Below the pieces are notes generated by a model that did no database searches, was not told the origin of the DNA, and was given only the letters and a program-made list of their open reading frames with translations. From Alphaproteobacteria bacterium (lineage in GTDB: Bacteria; Pseudomonadota; Alphaproteobacteria; UBA828), in NCBI GenBank assembly GCA_965221125.1, contig CBDCRW010000003.1:192001-256000 (forward strand): a stretch of 64,000 nucleotides of DNA, given 5' to 3'. Both the position numbers and the translations under genes were made by a program. Shown piece by piece: positions 1 to 9,613 of this stretch; within the stretch, counting starts at the first letter, position 1, and the number at the start of each line of letters is the position of its first letter.

Positions 1-960
1 ATCCGGCACGGCTTCTACCACGCGGCATCCGCCCACACGCTGAAGGCGGGGCTCGACGACGCGGGCAACGTCACGGCGTGGCATCACTCGGGCGCGTGGC
101 CGACGCTGATCGCGCTCTGGGCGCCGGCGATGCGGACGGGCCATCCGCTCGAATACGGGCTCGGTCTCATCGACACGCCCTACAACCAGGTGCCGAACCT
201 CCGCATCGAGAACGGCGAGGCCGACGCCATGATTCGGGTCGGCTGGTACCGCTCGGTCAACAACATCCAGCACGCCTTCGCGATGAACTGCTTCGCAAAC
301 GAGCTGGCGGAGGCCGCCGGGCGCGATCCGGTCGAGTTCCTGATGGAGCTGATCGGCGATGCGGACGTCATGGACCTCACGGCGGACGGCGTGGAAGGCC
401 ATTGGAACTACGGCGATGCGATCGAGGACTGGCCGATCATGCCGAAGCGGCTCTCCAACGTGCTCCGCGTGGTGGCCGAGAAGTCGGGCTACGGCAAGGC
501 GATGCCGCCCGGCCACGGCTTAGGCATCGCGTGTCACCGCAGCTTCCACAGCTACGTGGGCACGGCCGTGCACGTCGTGGTGCGGGACGACGGCTCGCTC
601 CACATCCCGCAGGTTGACATGGCCATCGACTGCGGCCGCTACGTCAATCCCGAAGGGGTGAAGAAGCAGATGGAGGGCGCCGCCATCTACGGCCACTCGG
701 TCGCGATGCACGGGCAGATCACCACCACGCAGGGGGCGGTCGACCAGAGCAACTTCCATGACTACACGATCACCCGCATGGAGGATGCGCCGCTCGACGT
801 GCGCACGCACATCGTCGAGGACTTCACGCACCTGAAGCCCTGCGGCGTGGGCGAGCCCGGCGTGCCGCCCTACACGCCGGCGCTGGTCAACGCGATCTAC
901 CAGGCGACCGGCAAGCGCATCCGCCGGCTGCCGATCGGCGACCAGCTCGCATCCGCATAA
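1..960 (+). CDS. Xanthine dehydrogenase family molybdopterin-binding subunit (IorB/aldehyde oxidase beta-like), 5'-truncated by window edge
   Basis: Frame 1 is open from base 1 (IRHGFYHAASAHTLKAGLDD...). Motifs GWYRSV, DCGRYVNPEGVKKQMEG, QSNFHDY and GVGEPGVPP are typical of MoCo-binding beta subunits. Confidence 0.88.
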   Translation: MRHGFYHAASAHTLKAGLDDAGNVTAWHHSGAWPTLIALWAPAMRTGHPLEYGLGLIDTPYNQVPNLRIENGEADAMIRVGWYRSVNNIQHAFAMNCFANELAEAAGRDPVEFLMELIGDADVMDLTADGVEGHWNYGDAIEDWPIMPKRLSNVLRVVAEKSGYGKAMPPGHGLGIACHRSFHSYVGTAVHVVVRDDGSLHIPQVDMAIDCGRYVNPEGVKKQMEGAAIYGHSVAMHGQITTTQGAVDQSNFHDYTITRMEDAPLDVRTHIVEDFTHLKPCGVGEPGVPPYTPALVNAIYQATGKRIRRLPIGDQLASA

Positions 961-973
961 CGCTGCGGACGAC

Positions 974-1018
974 AGGGGCGGCGGGCGCCTTCACCGGCCT
1001 CGCCGCCCCTTTTCTTTC
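974..1018 (+). terminator. Rho-independent terminator
   Basis: AGGGGCGGCG(974-983)...CGCCGCCCCT(1001-1010) stem followed by TTTCTTTC, just after the stop at 960. Confidence 0.7.
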
Positions 1019-1053
1019 GGCTCGGGCACGGCTCCTTCCAGTCCGATCCTGCC

Positions 1054-1764
1054 CTAAAACCGCGACAGCCAGTGATCGAGGAAGCGGCCGAGCCAGCGAT
1101 GCACCACCGGGTCGTAGCGGGGCGCGTCGGCGCGCTGCTGCTCGGCGGACGGCACCTCCGGCCGCAAAAAATATTTCTGGGCCTTGGGGTTGTTGAGCCA
1201 GCGCTCGTGCGTCACCGACGTCATCTCCGGGTGGAACTGAACGCCGAACGCGCGGGTGCCGACGCTGAACGCCTGATTCTCGAAGATCACGCCCCGCGCC
1301 AGCAGCTCCGCACCGGGCGGCAGGTCGAAGCCCTCGCGGTGCCAGTGAAAGGCGTGGAAGGGCGACGGGAACAGCGGGCAATCGGGGCGGGCGGGTTCGA
1401 GCCGATGATAGCCGACCTCGCAGAGATCGTCCGGGTGCGGGAAGACCCGCGCGCCGAGGACTCGGGCCATGATCTGGGCGCCGAGGCAGACGCCGAGAAC
1501 GGGCGCGTCGGCCGCGAGCTGCGCGCCGATCCATTCCGTCTCCTCGCGCAGGAACGCGTGCTCGTCGACATCGCACGCGCTCATCGCGCCGCCGAACACG
1601 ACTGCCGCGTCGTAGCCTTCGAGGCGGCTTGCGTTCATGGGCGGCAGCGCCGCGCCGCCGGCCACGTAGCAGACCTCGGTCGCACACCCCCGTGCGTGCA
1701 GCGCCTCGCGCACCCTGCCGGGATTGGCGCGCTCGGAATGGGTTACCAGGACGATGCGCTTCAC
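1054..1764 (-). CDS. Class I glutamine amidotransferase (GMP synthase-like GATase)
   Basis: Nucleophile elbow LGVCLGAQ, WHREGFDLP and GVQFHPE. Start placed at GTG (VKRIVLVTH) rather than the longer ORF start. Confidence 0.85.
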   Translation of the reverse strand: MKRIVLVTHSERANPGRVREALHARGCATEVCYVAGGAALPPMNASRLEGYDAAVVFGGAMSACDVDEHAFLREETEWIGAQLAADAPVLGVCLGAQIMARVLGARVFPHPDDLCEVGYHRLEPARPDCPLFPSPFHAFHWHREGFDLPPGAELLARGVIFENQAFSVGTRAFGVQFHPEMTSVTHERWLNNPKAQKYFLRPEVPSAEQQRADAPRYDPVVHRWLGRFLDHWLSRF

Positions 1765-2025
1765 GGCGCTTGGCTGCTCCCTGCGTATTGGCGTCACGCG
1801 GCTCCCTGCCGGGCCGCTGCGGTTCTTTGCCTCATCGCAGCCCGGCGGGCAAGCGTGCGCGCGCTGCGTGCCCACGACTTCCGGCACGTACCGGCCGGGC
1901 CAGACGGCACGGCCTCGGGACTGGTAAAGACCGTTGCGGGTCACCAAGTCAGGATCATGGGAGGCGCTGCACCGTCGCGCGCAATGCGCTCACGTCCGCC
2001 ACGTGCCGGCTGGTCGTGATCGGCC

Positions 2026-2655
2026 ATGACGTCTGAGCGCGGACCCTGGAGCCGCCTCCGCCGCGAGGCCGGATGGCACCGCCTCGGCACGCCGCCGCGA
2101 TCACCGCAGCCGCCGCGAACGCCGGGCGAGGCGCGGCAGCGGTGGGCGCGCAGGCTGCGCCACGCCGCCGTATGGCTGGCCCTGGCCGCCGTGCTGGCCA
2201 TCGGCTACAGCTACCGCTTCGAGCTTACGGACGTCGTCAACCGGCTGGGCGGCGAGATCATCCCTTACGCGGCGGTGACCGGCGAAGACGGCTCCGTGCG
2301 CGTGCGCGCCCACCGCGACGGCCACTTCTACGTCGACTCGAACGTGAACGGCGAGACCATCCGCTTTCTCGTGGATACCGGCGCCACCTCGGTGGCGCTC
2401 AGCCCGGCGGACGCCCGGCGCATCGGCTTCGATCCGGCGACGCTCGAGTTCTCGCGCCGCCTTCAGACCGCCGGCGGCACGGTGCGCGGCGCGCCGGTGG
2501 TGATCCCGTCACTCGAGATCGGCGGCATCCGCCTCGCCAACGTGCGCGCCATCGTGAACGAGCAGGCGATGCGGCACTCGCTCCTCGGCATCAGCGCGCT
2601 CGACCGCCTCGGCGGCTACGAGGTCCGCGACGGCACGCTCACGCTGCGGCCCTAG
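2026..2655 (+). CDS. Clan AA retropepsin-like aspartic protease (TIGR02281 family), membrane-anchored
   Basis: N-terminal TM segment, DGHFYV, FLVDTGAT catalytic motif and SLLGISAL. Confidence 0.88.
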   Translation: MTSERGPWSRLRREAGWHRLGTPPRSPQPPRTPGEARQRWARRLRHAAVWLALAAVLAIGYSYRFELTDVVNRLGGEIIPYAAVTGEDGSVRVRAHRDGHFYVDSNVNGETIRFLVDTGATSVALSPADARRIGFDPATLEFSRRLQTAGGTVRGAPVVIPSLEIGGIRLANVRAIVNEQAMRHSLLGISALDRLGGYEVRDGTLTLRP

Positions 2656-2762
2656 AGCGCGCCCTCTCTCGACCGGGCGCGCGTCAGGGCGCCCTCCACG
2701 GTTTGATCCTCGGTATCCAACACGGCATGTCGGCCTTCTTCAGCCCCGCCCGAACCTGCGCG

Positions 2763-3737
2763 TCACTCCCCCCAGGCGTCGGCGAGAAAGCGCAGCCAGT
2801 TCTCACCCATGACCTTGCCGATGCGGGCTTGCGACCAGCCGGCGCGCTCCATGGCGGCGGTGAGATTGGGGAGCTGCCCGATGGTCTCGACGCCCTTCGG
2901 ATTCGGCATCGGGCTGAACTTGATGAGGGAGCGGGCGTCGCCCTTGTCGTTGGTGATCCAGTCGAAGAAATCCTGGCCGTAGCCTTGCGTGAAGTCGGTG
3001 CCGAAGGCGACGTGGTCCTCTCCTGCGACCGAGATCACGTGCTCCATCGCCTCCACGTAGTCCCCCACGGTCGAATCGGCGCCGCGCTTGAGGAAGGCCG
3101 GAAACATGGTGACCCCGATCATGCCGCCCTGCTCGGCGATGAAGCGGAGCTCTCCGTCGCCCTTGTTGCGCGGATGCGGCTTCAGCGCGGAGGGGCAGCA
3201 GTGGGTGTAGGCGACCGGCCTGCTCGATTCGCGGATCGTCTCCTCCGACGTGCGGGAGCCCACGTGGCTCAGGTCGATCAGCATCCCCACCCGGTTCATC
3301 TCTGCCACCAGCTCGCGGCCCCAGTCGCTGATCCCCGAGTCGCGGCTCTCGTAGCAGCCGGAGCCCGCCAGGTTCTGCGTGTTGTAGGTGAGCTGCGCGA
3401 TGCCGACGCCGGCGTCCTTGAAGAGCTGCACCGCGCCCAGCCTGTCCTCGAAGGCGGACGTGTTCTGGAAGCCGAGGATGATCGCTGTGCGCCCGTCCTC
3501 CTTAGCCTTGCGGATGTCGGCTGCCGTGCGTGCCTTGACGATCAGGTCGTCGTGCTCGCGGAACCAGCCGTTCCAGCAGGCGATGTTGTTCATGGTCTCG
3601 GAAAAACCTTCCCACACGCAGCAGGTGCAGTTGGCGGCGGTGAGCCCGCCCTTGCGCATGTCCTGAAAAACCTCCGCCGACCAGTTGGAGACGATGAGCC
3701 CGTCGATGACGATCAGGTCCTCGTGCAGCGTGCTCAT
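2763..3737 (-). CDS. Membrane dipeptidase (M19/renal dipeptidase family)
   Basis: IDGL, LGFQN, QLTYN, IDLSHVG, HPRNK and GTDF motifs. Confidence 0.88.
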   Translation of the reverse strand: MSTLHEDLIVIDGLIVSNWSAEVFQDMRKGGLTAANCTCCVWEGFSETMNNIACWNGWFREHDDLIVKARTAADIRKAKEDGRTAIILGFQNTSAFEDRLGAVQLFKDAGVGIAQLTYNTQNLAGSGCYESRDSGISDWGRELVAEMNRVGMLIDLSHVGSRTSEETIRESSRPVAYTHCCPSALKPHPRNKGDGELRFIAEQGGMIGVTMFPAFLKRGADSTVGDYVEAMEHVISVAGEDHVAFGTDFTQGYGQDFFDWITNDKGDARSLIKFSPMPNPKGVETIGQLPNLTAAMERAGWSQARIGKVMGENWLRFLADAWGE

Positions 3738-3842
3738 GGCTTCTCCCCCTCCCGCTACGCCTTGCCCGGCCGAAGCCCGTTGTCTCGGCGGGCCGAGCGG
3801 CTAAGATACGGTGACACTCTGCGCGCGCGAAGGAGAGATGCA

Positions 3843-4304
3843 ATGCCCCTGCTCGACCTGCATCACGTGGCCATCAAGTCCAAGAACCTCGAAGAGACGG
3901 TTGAATTCTACTGTGACGTGCTCGGCATGGAGAAGGTCGAACGGCCTGACTTCCCGTTCCCCGGCGCCTGGCTCCAGATGGGCGAGACCATGTTCCACAT
4001 CTATGGCGGCGACGCGGCCAAGACCCACAACGGGAACTACAGGTACAACCAGCGCACCTCGCCGGTGGACCATATCGCGCTCCGCGCCACGGGCTTCGAC
4101 GAGATGAAGAAGACCTTCGTGAAGAACAAGTGCGAATGGCGCCAGATGAACATCCCGGACTTCAAGCTCTGGCAGCTGTTCGTCCTCGACCCGAGCGGCG
4201 TGGTCATCGAGCTCAACTTCGAGGCCGAGAAGGAGCCGAAGGGCAGCAAGGGCCCGAGCGGGCAGAAGAAGTACGAGTTCGGGCGCTTCGCGGCCGCCGC
4301 CTGA
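3843..4304 (+). CDS. VOC (glyoxalase/bleomycin resistance) family protein
   Basis: MPLLDLHHVAI...FYCDVLGM...FPGAWL...DHIAL...QLFVLDPSGVVIELNF; AGGAGAG RBS upstream. It is the C-terminal part of the spurious 743-aa ORF. Confidence 0.85.
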   Translation: MPLLDLHHVAIKSKNLEETVEFYCDVLGMEKVERPDFPFPGAWLQMGETMFHIYGGDAAKTHNGNYRYNQRTSPVDHIALRATGFDEMKKTFVKNKCEWRQMNIPDFKLWQLFVLDPSGVVIELNFEAEKEPKGSKGPSGQKKYEFGRFAAAA

Positions 4305-4315
4305 GGCGGCTCCGC

Positions 4316-4747
4316 TCAGGAGCGCGGGACCCGAACGACCCCGCGCGGCAGAGTATCGTGGCGGGGCAGGTCGTCCCCGATCGCGAGCCAGGGCATGCGC
4401 TCGCGCACGAAGACGTGGCGCTCCGGTGCGATTAGCTCCGGCTTATCCAGCGTGCCGGCCATGATGTGGACCTCACCGGGGTAGACGGCCGCCTCGTAGG
4501 TAAGCGGCGTGCCGCAGGTGCCGCAGAACTTTCGCACGACCTGCGGCGAGCTTTCGTAAGAGCGGGCCGTGCCGGCCACGAAGGCGAACCCATCAGTGCC
4601 GACGCCGACGAAGGTGGAGACCGGCGCCCCGGACGAACGCCGACACTCCTCGCAATGGCAGTGGGTCACCCAGAGCATCCGGCCCTCGGCCCGGTAGCGC
4701 ACGGCGCCGCAGCGGCAGCCGCCCTCGATGGCAGGCGCGTCGTTCAT
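4316..4747 (-). CDS. GFA (CENP-V/glutathione-dependent formaldehyde-activating) family protein
   Basis: GGCRCGAVRY, HCHCEECRR and FCGTCGTPL Zn motifs; start overlaps the xth stop (ATGA). Confidence 0.88.
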   Translation of the reverse strand: MNDAPAIEGGCRCGAVRYRAEGRMLWVTHCHCEECRRSSGAPVSTFVGVGTDGFAFVAGTARSYESSPQVVRKFCGTCGTPLTYEAAVYPGEVHIMAGTLDKPELIAPERHVFVRERMPWLAIGDDLPRHDTLPRGVVRVPRS

Positions 4748-5517
4748 TCCCTGAGCGAGCACCAGATCGGCGTGTGGTCCGAGGCCTTGGGGCCGCCACG
4801 CGGGCCCGTGTCGACCTCGCAGGCCTCCAGGCGGTCCGCCGCCTCGGGCGAGAGCAGCAAGTGGTCGATGCGCAACCCCTCGCCCCTCTGCCAGCGGCCG
4901 GCTTGGTAATCCCAGAACGTGTAGGCGCGCCGGTGCGGGTGCAGCGTGCGGAACGCCTCCACGTAGCCGCTGTGGAGCAGCGCGCGGAAGCGGGCGCGGG
5001 ACTCCGTCTGGCAGAGCGCGTCGTCGCGCCACGCCGGCGGGTCGTAGCAGTCGAGGTCGGCCGGGATGACGTTGTAGTCGCCGCCGAGCACGACCGCCTC
5101 CTCGTAGCCCAGCAGGATTTCCGCGCGCGCCGCGAGCCGGTCCATCCACGCGAGCTTGTAGGGGAACTTCTCGGTCGTGACCGGATTGCCGTTGGGCAGG
5201 TAGATCGAAGCGACCCGGACGCCGCCGGTCACGGCCTCGACGTAGCGCGCCTGCTCGTCGTCATCGTCGCCGGGGAGGCCAGTGAAGACATCCTCCAGCG
5301 GCCGTTTGCTGAGGATGGCGACGCCGTTGTAGGTCTTCTGCCCGTGGACGGCGAGGTTGTAGCCGCAGTCCTCGATCTCGAGGCGCGGGAAGGCCTCGTC
5401 CAGCGACTTGGTCTCCTGCAGCAGCACCACGTCGGGCGCGGCACTGCCCAGCCAGTCCAGCAACGCGGGCAGGCGGACCTTGATCGAGTTGACGTTCCAG
5501 GTCGCGATCTTGAGCAC
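4744..5517 (-). CDS. xth: Exodeoxyribonuclease III
   Basis: KIATWNVNS, LQETK, YNGVAILS, GDYNV, GLRIDHLL and SDHTP; GTG start. Confidence 0.95.
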   Translation of the reverse strand: MLKIATWNVNSIKVRLPALLDWLGSAAPDVVLLQETKSLDEAFPRLEIEDCGYNLAVHGQKTYNGVAILSKRPLEDVFTGLPGDDDDEQARYVEAVTGGVRVASIYLPNGNPVTTEKFPYKLAWMDRLAARAEILLGYEEAVVLGGDYNVIPADLDCYDPPAWRDDALCQTESRARFRALLHSGYVEAFRTLHPHRRAYTFWDYQAGRWQRGEGLRIDHLLLSPEAADRLEACEVDTGPRGGPKASDHTPIWCSLRE

Positions 5518-5521
5518 GGGC

Positions 5522-5896
5522 TCAGACGAGGGAGAAGGAGGTGCCGCAGCCGCAGGCGGAGACCGCATTCGGGTTCCTCACCTGAAAGGCGGCGCCGATC
5601 AGATCCTCCACGTAGTCGATCTCCGAGCCCGCCATGTAGCCGGCGGAGACCCGGTCCACCAGCGCCACGACGCCGTCCCGCTCGATGGCGATGTCGTCCG
5701 CGCGCCGCTCCGTCTCGAAGGCGAAGCCGTACTGGAAGCCGGAGCAGCCGCCGCCGGAAACGGTGACCCGGAGCATGGTGCCCGAATCGGCTTCCTCGGC
5801 GATCAGCGCCGCAATGCGCCGCGCCGCGCTGAGGGAGAGCGTGATGTCCCCCTCCCCTGCGGCCAACGGCTCCGCTGTGTCGAATGAACGCGCCAT
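5522..5896 (-). CDS. erpA: Fe-S cluster insertion protein ErpA (HesB/IscA family)
   Basis: GGGCSGFQY and NPNAVSACGCGTSF; lies directly upstream of xth as in many alphaproteobacteria. Confidence 0.9.
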   Translation of the reverse strand: MARSFDTAEPLAAGEGDITLSLSAARRIAALIAEEADSGTMLRVTVSGGGCSGFQYGFAFETERRADDIAIERDGVVALVDRVSAGYMAGSEIDYVEDLIGAAFQVRNPNAVSACGCGTSFSLV

Positions 5897-5928
5897 GGCG
5901 TCGAAGGGCCTCCCATCCAGTCCCGAGA

Positions 5929-5958
5929 ATTAGATAGCGCCGACCGAGGGCTTGTCAA
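5929..5958 (-). promoter_or_regulatory. Putative sigma70 promoter of erpA-xth-GFA
   Basis: Minus strand reads TTGACA (5958-5953), an 18-bp spacer, then TCTAAT (5934-5929), about 33 bp upstream of the erpA start. Confidence 0.45.
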
Positions 5959-6040
5959 TCGACGGAGCAAAATGCTCTCCCACTGTGGCCTCCGCTGCTG
6001 GCCCATGTTAGGTGCCACCGGGAGACAGCGAGAGCGAGCC

Positions 6041-6496
6041 ATGGCCTATCTCCTCGCCATCCACGTCCTGAGCGCCGTCGTCTGGGTCGGCGGAATGTTC
6101 TTCGCCCTGCTCGTTCTGCGGCCGGCGGCCGGCGCGCTCGAGCCTGCGGTGCGGCTCCCGCTCTGGCGCCGGGTGTTCGCGCGCTTCTTCCCGGCCGTGG
6201 GCGTCGCCGTGCTGGCGCTGCTCGCGACCGGCCACGCGATGATCGTGGTCGAGCTCGGCGGCTTCGGCGCAATCGATCTCTCCGTTCACCTGATGCAGGG
6301 CACCGGCCTGCTCATGGCGCTGATCTACTTGCTGCTTCTGCTGGGGCCCTATCGCGCGTTTCTCAAGGCGCTCGACGCCGGGGTCCTGCCGGCGGCCGGC
6401 CGCGCGATCGAGCGCATTCGATGGCTCATCGCCGTCAACCTGGCCATCGGCGTCGTGACCATCGTGCTCGCCACCACTGGCCACTACTGGGGCTGA
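6041..6496 (+). CDS. CopD-like four-TM integral membrane protein
   Basis: HVLSAVVWVGGMFF and four hydrophobic segments. Confidence 0.7.
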   Translation: MAYLLAIHVLSAVVWVGGMFFALLVLRPAAGALEPAVRLPLWRRVFARFFPAVGVAVLALLATGHAMIVVELGGFGAIDLSVHLMQGTGLLMALIYLLLLLGPYRAFLKALDAGVLPAAGRAIERIRWLIAVNLAIGVVTIVLATTGHYWG

Positions 6497-6730
6497 CGAG
6501 CCTCGGCGGCGCGGGCAGCACAGTGTTGCCTGCATGCAAGCGCGCGCCATAATTTCTGCCGTAAATTGAAAACGAAGAAAGCCGCCCTGTTGTATTCTTG
6601 ACGCGTATCAACATTTCTTTTGGAAAACGAGGCAAGACTTCAGGTGTCAATAACAAGTCAACACAGCATTACGAACAGTTAATTTGACATCTCCGCCTCT
6701 CGCGGCCGATATAAGATAAAGGGAGGGTTC

Positions 6731-7753
6731 ATGTTCCGATCTTTTTTTCTTTCCCGCGAATGGGCGCTGTGGGCCTGGGGCGGCATGGCAATCATCATTG
6801 GCGGCACCTGGTATCAGGTGCAGGTCGACGTGCAAATCAACGAGTGGTTCGGCGAATTCTACGACGGCGTCCAGAAGGCGCTGGGCGAACCCGGCAGCAT
6901 GACGATCGAAGAGTTCTACGCGCTGCTGCTGTCCTTCGGCCGCATTGCCGGCATCTACATCGTCGTCGCCGTGATGCTCAGCTTTTTCACCAAGCACTGG
7001 GTGTTCCGCTGGCGCCATGCGATGAACGACTTCTACATGGCCCGGTGGGAGCGGCTGCGTCACATCGAGGGCGCCAGCCAGCGCATTCAGGAAGACACCC
7101 GCCGCTTCGCCATTATCATGGAGTCGCTCGGCAGCCGCCTGCTCGATTCCGTCATGACGCTGATCGCCTTCCTGCCGATTCTCTGGCAGCTCTCGAAGTC
7201 GATCAAGGTGGTTCCGGTGATCGGCGAGCTGGACCACGCGCTGGTCTACGCCGCCATCATCTTCGCGCTGTTCGGCACGGCCGTGCTGGCGGTGGTCGGC
7301 ATCAGGCTTCCGGGACTGGAGTTCAACAACCAGGTGGTGGAGGCCGCTTATAGAAAGGAACTCGTGTACGGCGAGGACCACGAAGAACGCGCCGATCCGC
7401 CGACCGTGCGGGAGTTGTTTTTCAACGTCCGCCGCAATTATTTTCGTCTGTTTTTCCACTACATGTACTTCGATATCGCGAAGTGGTCGTATCTCCAGTT
7501 CGGTGTTCTGGTGCCCTACATCGTGCTGGCGCCGACCATCGTCGCCGGCACGATCACCCTCGGCGTGATGCAGCAGATCGTCCGTGCGTTCGGACGCGTG
7601 GAGGGTTCGTTCCAGTACCTCGTGCACAGCTGGACAGTCATCGTCGAGCTGATCTCGGTCTACAAGCGGCTGCGCGCGTTCGAGGCGGCGCTCTACGACC
7701 GCGGGCCCTACGCGGAGCCCCCTCCGTGCGGCCCGTCCAGATTTGGCCGGTAA
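6731..7753 (+). CDS. SbmA/BacA-like peptide transporter
   Basis: MFRSFF start, FRWRHAMNDFY, HIEGASQRIQEDT and EAAYRKELVYGED; GGGAGG RBS. Confidence 0.85.
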   Translation: MFRSFFLSREWALWAWGGMAIIIGGTWYQVQVDVQINEWFGEFYDGVQKALGEPGSMTIEEFYALLLSFGRIAGIYIVVAVMLSFFTKHWVFRWRHAMNDFYMARWERLRHIEGASQRIQEDTRRFAIIMESLGSRLLDSVMTLIAFLPILWQLSKSIKVVPVIGELDHALVYAAIIFALFGTAVLAVVGIRLPGLEFNNQVVEAAYRKELVYGEDHEERADPPTVRELFFNVRRNYFRLFFHYMYFDIAKWSYLQFGVLVPYIVLAPTIVAGTITLGVMQQIVRAFGRVEGSFQYLVHSWTVIVELISVYKRLRAFEAALYDRGPYAEPPPCGPSRFGR

Positions 7754-7756
7754 TCC

Positions 7757-8653
7757 TCAATCGAACACGGGCGTGCCGTGGGCGCCCGATTCCCGCATCG
7801 CCCAGTAGAGCTTGTCGAGCCGGTCGGTAACGGGACCGGGGCAGGGCTGCGGCAGCCGTCGGCCGGCGATCTCGCGCACCGCGAGCGCGCCGCCGGCAGT
7901 GCTGCACGTGAAGACCTCGTCGGCCGCGTAGAGGTCGAAGGCGGTCAAATCGCATTCGACGAGCGGCAGGCCCGCGTCCCGCGTAAGTTCCATGAAGGTC
8001 TGGCGCGTGATGCCGCGCAGCACGTTGCGGCCGGGCGTGCGCACCACGCCGTCCTTGACCGCAAAGATGTTCGACGCCGGCCCCTCGCAGGCGTAGCCCG
8101 CCTGGTCGAGCCAGATCACGTCGTCGTACCCCGCTTCCAGCGCCTCCAACCGCGCCATCTGCGAGTGCAGCCGGTCGAGGCACTTGTAGCGGGCATCGAG
8201 CGTATCGGGCGAGAACGCCCGCAGATGGGTGATGTGCAGGCGAATGCCTGAGCGCCGCGTCGCCTCGTCGGCGAGGAAGATGTAGGGCGCGGCCCAGACG
8301 ACGCGCGTGGGCTCGAAGTCGCGCGGGTCGGCGACGACGGCGTTGGGCGCGCCGCGGGTCACGATGAAGCGGATGCTGGCGTCGCGCAGCCCGTTGCGCC
8401 GGCAGGTCTGGACGATCGCGGCACGCCAGTTGTCGCGGGTCATCGCGGTTTCCAGGCGCGTCGCGCGCAGCGAATCGAAGAAGCGATCGATGTGCTGATC
8501 GAGCTTGAAGATCGAGCCGCGCCAGGCCGAGACCACGTCGAAGACGCCATCGCCGAGGAGAAACCCCTGGTCGAGCACAGAGACCTTGGCCTCGCCGAGC
8601 GGCACGAAGTCGCCGTTGAGGTAGACGATGGGCTCGTTGGGTGTCTCTGCCAT
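7757..8653 (-). CDS. Class IV PLP aminotransferase (branched-chain/D-amino acid type)
   Basis: YLNGDFVPLGEAKVSVLDQGFLLGDGVF, EGPASNIF, LRGITR and ADEVFTCSTAGG. Confidence 0.88.
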   Translation of the reverse strand: MAETPNEPIVYLNGDFVPLGEAKVSVLDQGFLLGDGVFDVVSAWRGSIFKLDQHIDRFFDSLRATRLETAMTRDNWRAAIVQTCRRNGLRDASIRFIVTRGAPNAVVADPRDFEPTRVVWAAPYIFLADEATRRSGIRLHITHLRAFSPDTLDARYKCLDRLHSQMARLEALEAGYDDVIWLDQAGYACEGPASNIFAVKDGVVRTPGRNVLRGITRQTFMELTRDAGLPLVECDLTAFDLYAADEVFTCSTAGGALAVREIAGRRLPQPCPGPVTDRLDKLYWAMRESGAHGTPVFD

Positions 8654-8963
8654 TCCGCATGCTCCGCAACCGGCAACGTGGGTCGGCGACGGCACCGCTC
8701 GCGTTCGCCGTCACGGGCCGAAGTCTGCCCGGCCCGGAGGCGCTTCGCAAACGGCGACCATGCCCGAGCGTCGCTCATTCTATGCCTCGGCGGACATGCC
8801 CCGTTGCAACGATCCCGCGCGCCACCCAACTCAGGACGACCGGGATGCGCCGCGAGCTTCGGTCCCCGGCGTATCGACCGCCAGGAGCAACGGGGGTTGC
8901 GTGCTGTCGATGTCTGCAGTCGAGCGTGCGCGAAACGCCCCCCATCGGAAGGAGAAACCGGAC

Positions 8964-9497
8964 ATGAGATATCTCTTGGGTCTTTCGGCAATCGCCGCGG
9001 CCGTCGGCCTGATGGCCAACGCGAGCATTGCCTCCGAGCACATGCCCTACGAGGTCACGGTGACGAACAACATGGAGGAAGAACTCTTGGCGCCGGTGCT
9101 GGTCGCGCCGGTGTCGGAAGACGGCAAGATCTTCGTCGACCGCTATGTCTCGAAGGAAGCCGAGCACCAGATCCTCACCGGCGACCCCGCGATGCTGGTG
9201 GAGGTCATCGGCGACGAAGCCTCGGTCGGGCACGGCATGGATGGCCCGCCCGGCGTGCTTCTGGCCCCGGGCAAGTCGATCACCTTCGCGGTGAAGAGCC
9301 ACGCGCCGGAGGTCCGCGTTCTGGCGATGGTGGCCCCCACCATGTTCGAGGACCATTACGTGACGGCGGTGCTCCCTCTGAACGGCGAGTCCATGGCGGT
9401 CGATCTCGACCGCTTCGACATCGGCTACGATGAGGGTCGCAAGACCATCGAGCCCGTCGCCGAAGCGGTTGCGACCGTGCGGATCAACGCCTACTGA
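8964..9497 (+). CDS. Secreted protein, Spondin_N-like domain
   Basis: Signal peptide followed by YEVTVTN...APV, LLAPGKS, AMVAPT..D and FDIGYDE, resembling bacterial spondin domains; AAGGAG RBS. Confidence 0.55.
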   Translation: MRYLLGLSAIAAAVGLMANASIASEHMPYEVTVTNNMEEELLAPVLVAPVSEDGKIFVDRYVSKEAEHQILTGDPAMLVEVIGDEASVGHGMDGPPGVLLAPGKSITFAVKSHAPEVRVLAMVAPTMFEDHYVTAVLPLNGESMAVDLDRFDIGYDEGRKTIEPVAEAVATVRINAY

Positions 9498-9613
9498 CGC
9501 AGGCGAGCGTTCCCTGGGCGCCGGCGGGCGGGAAACCTGCCTGCCGGCGCCGCTCGTTTGCGTCGTCGCTAACAATGGTTAATCGTGCGGCGGCGGGGTG
9601 GCAGGAGCAAGGC

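Noticed and set aside
2026-2655. Retropepsin-like protease as a retroelement remnant
   Set aside because: It is an ordinary membrane-anchored TIGR02281 bacterial protein; no reverse transcriptase or integrase is nearby.
2652-2762. CTAGAGCG at the protease stop as a fourth MITE copy
   Set aside because: Only 8 bp match; the internal hairpins and opposite terminus are absent.
4316-4747. GFA protein as the formaldehyde-handling partner of Tdm
   Set aside because: It is 13 kb away, coupled to xth, and looks like the generic short GFA/CENP-V family rather than true Gfa.
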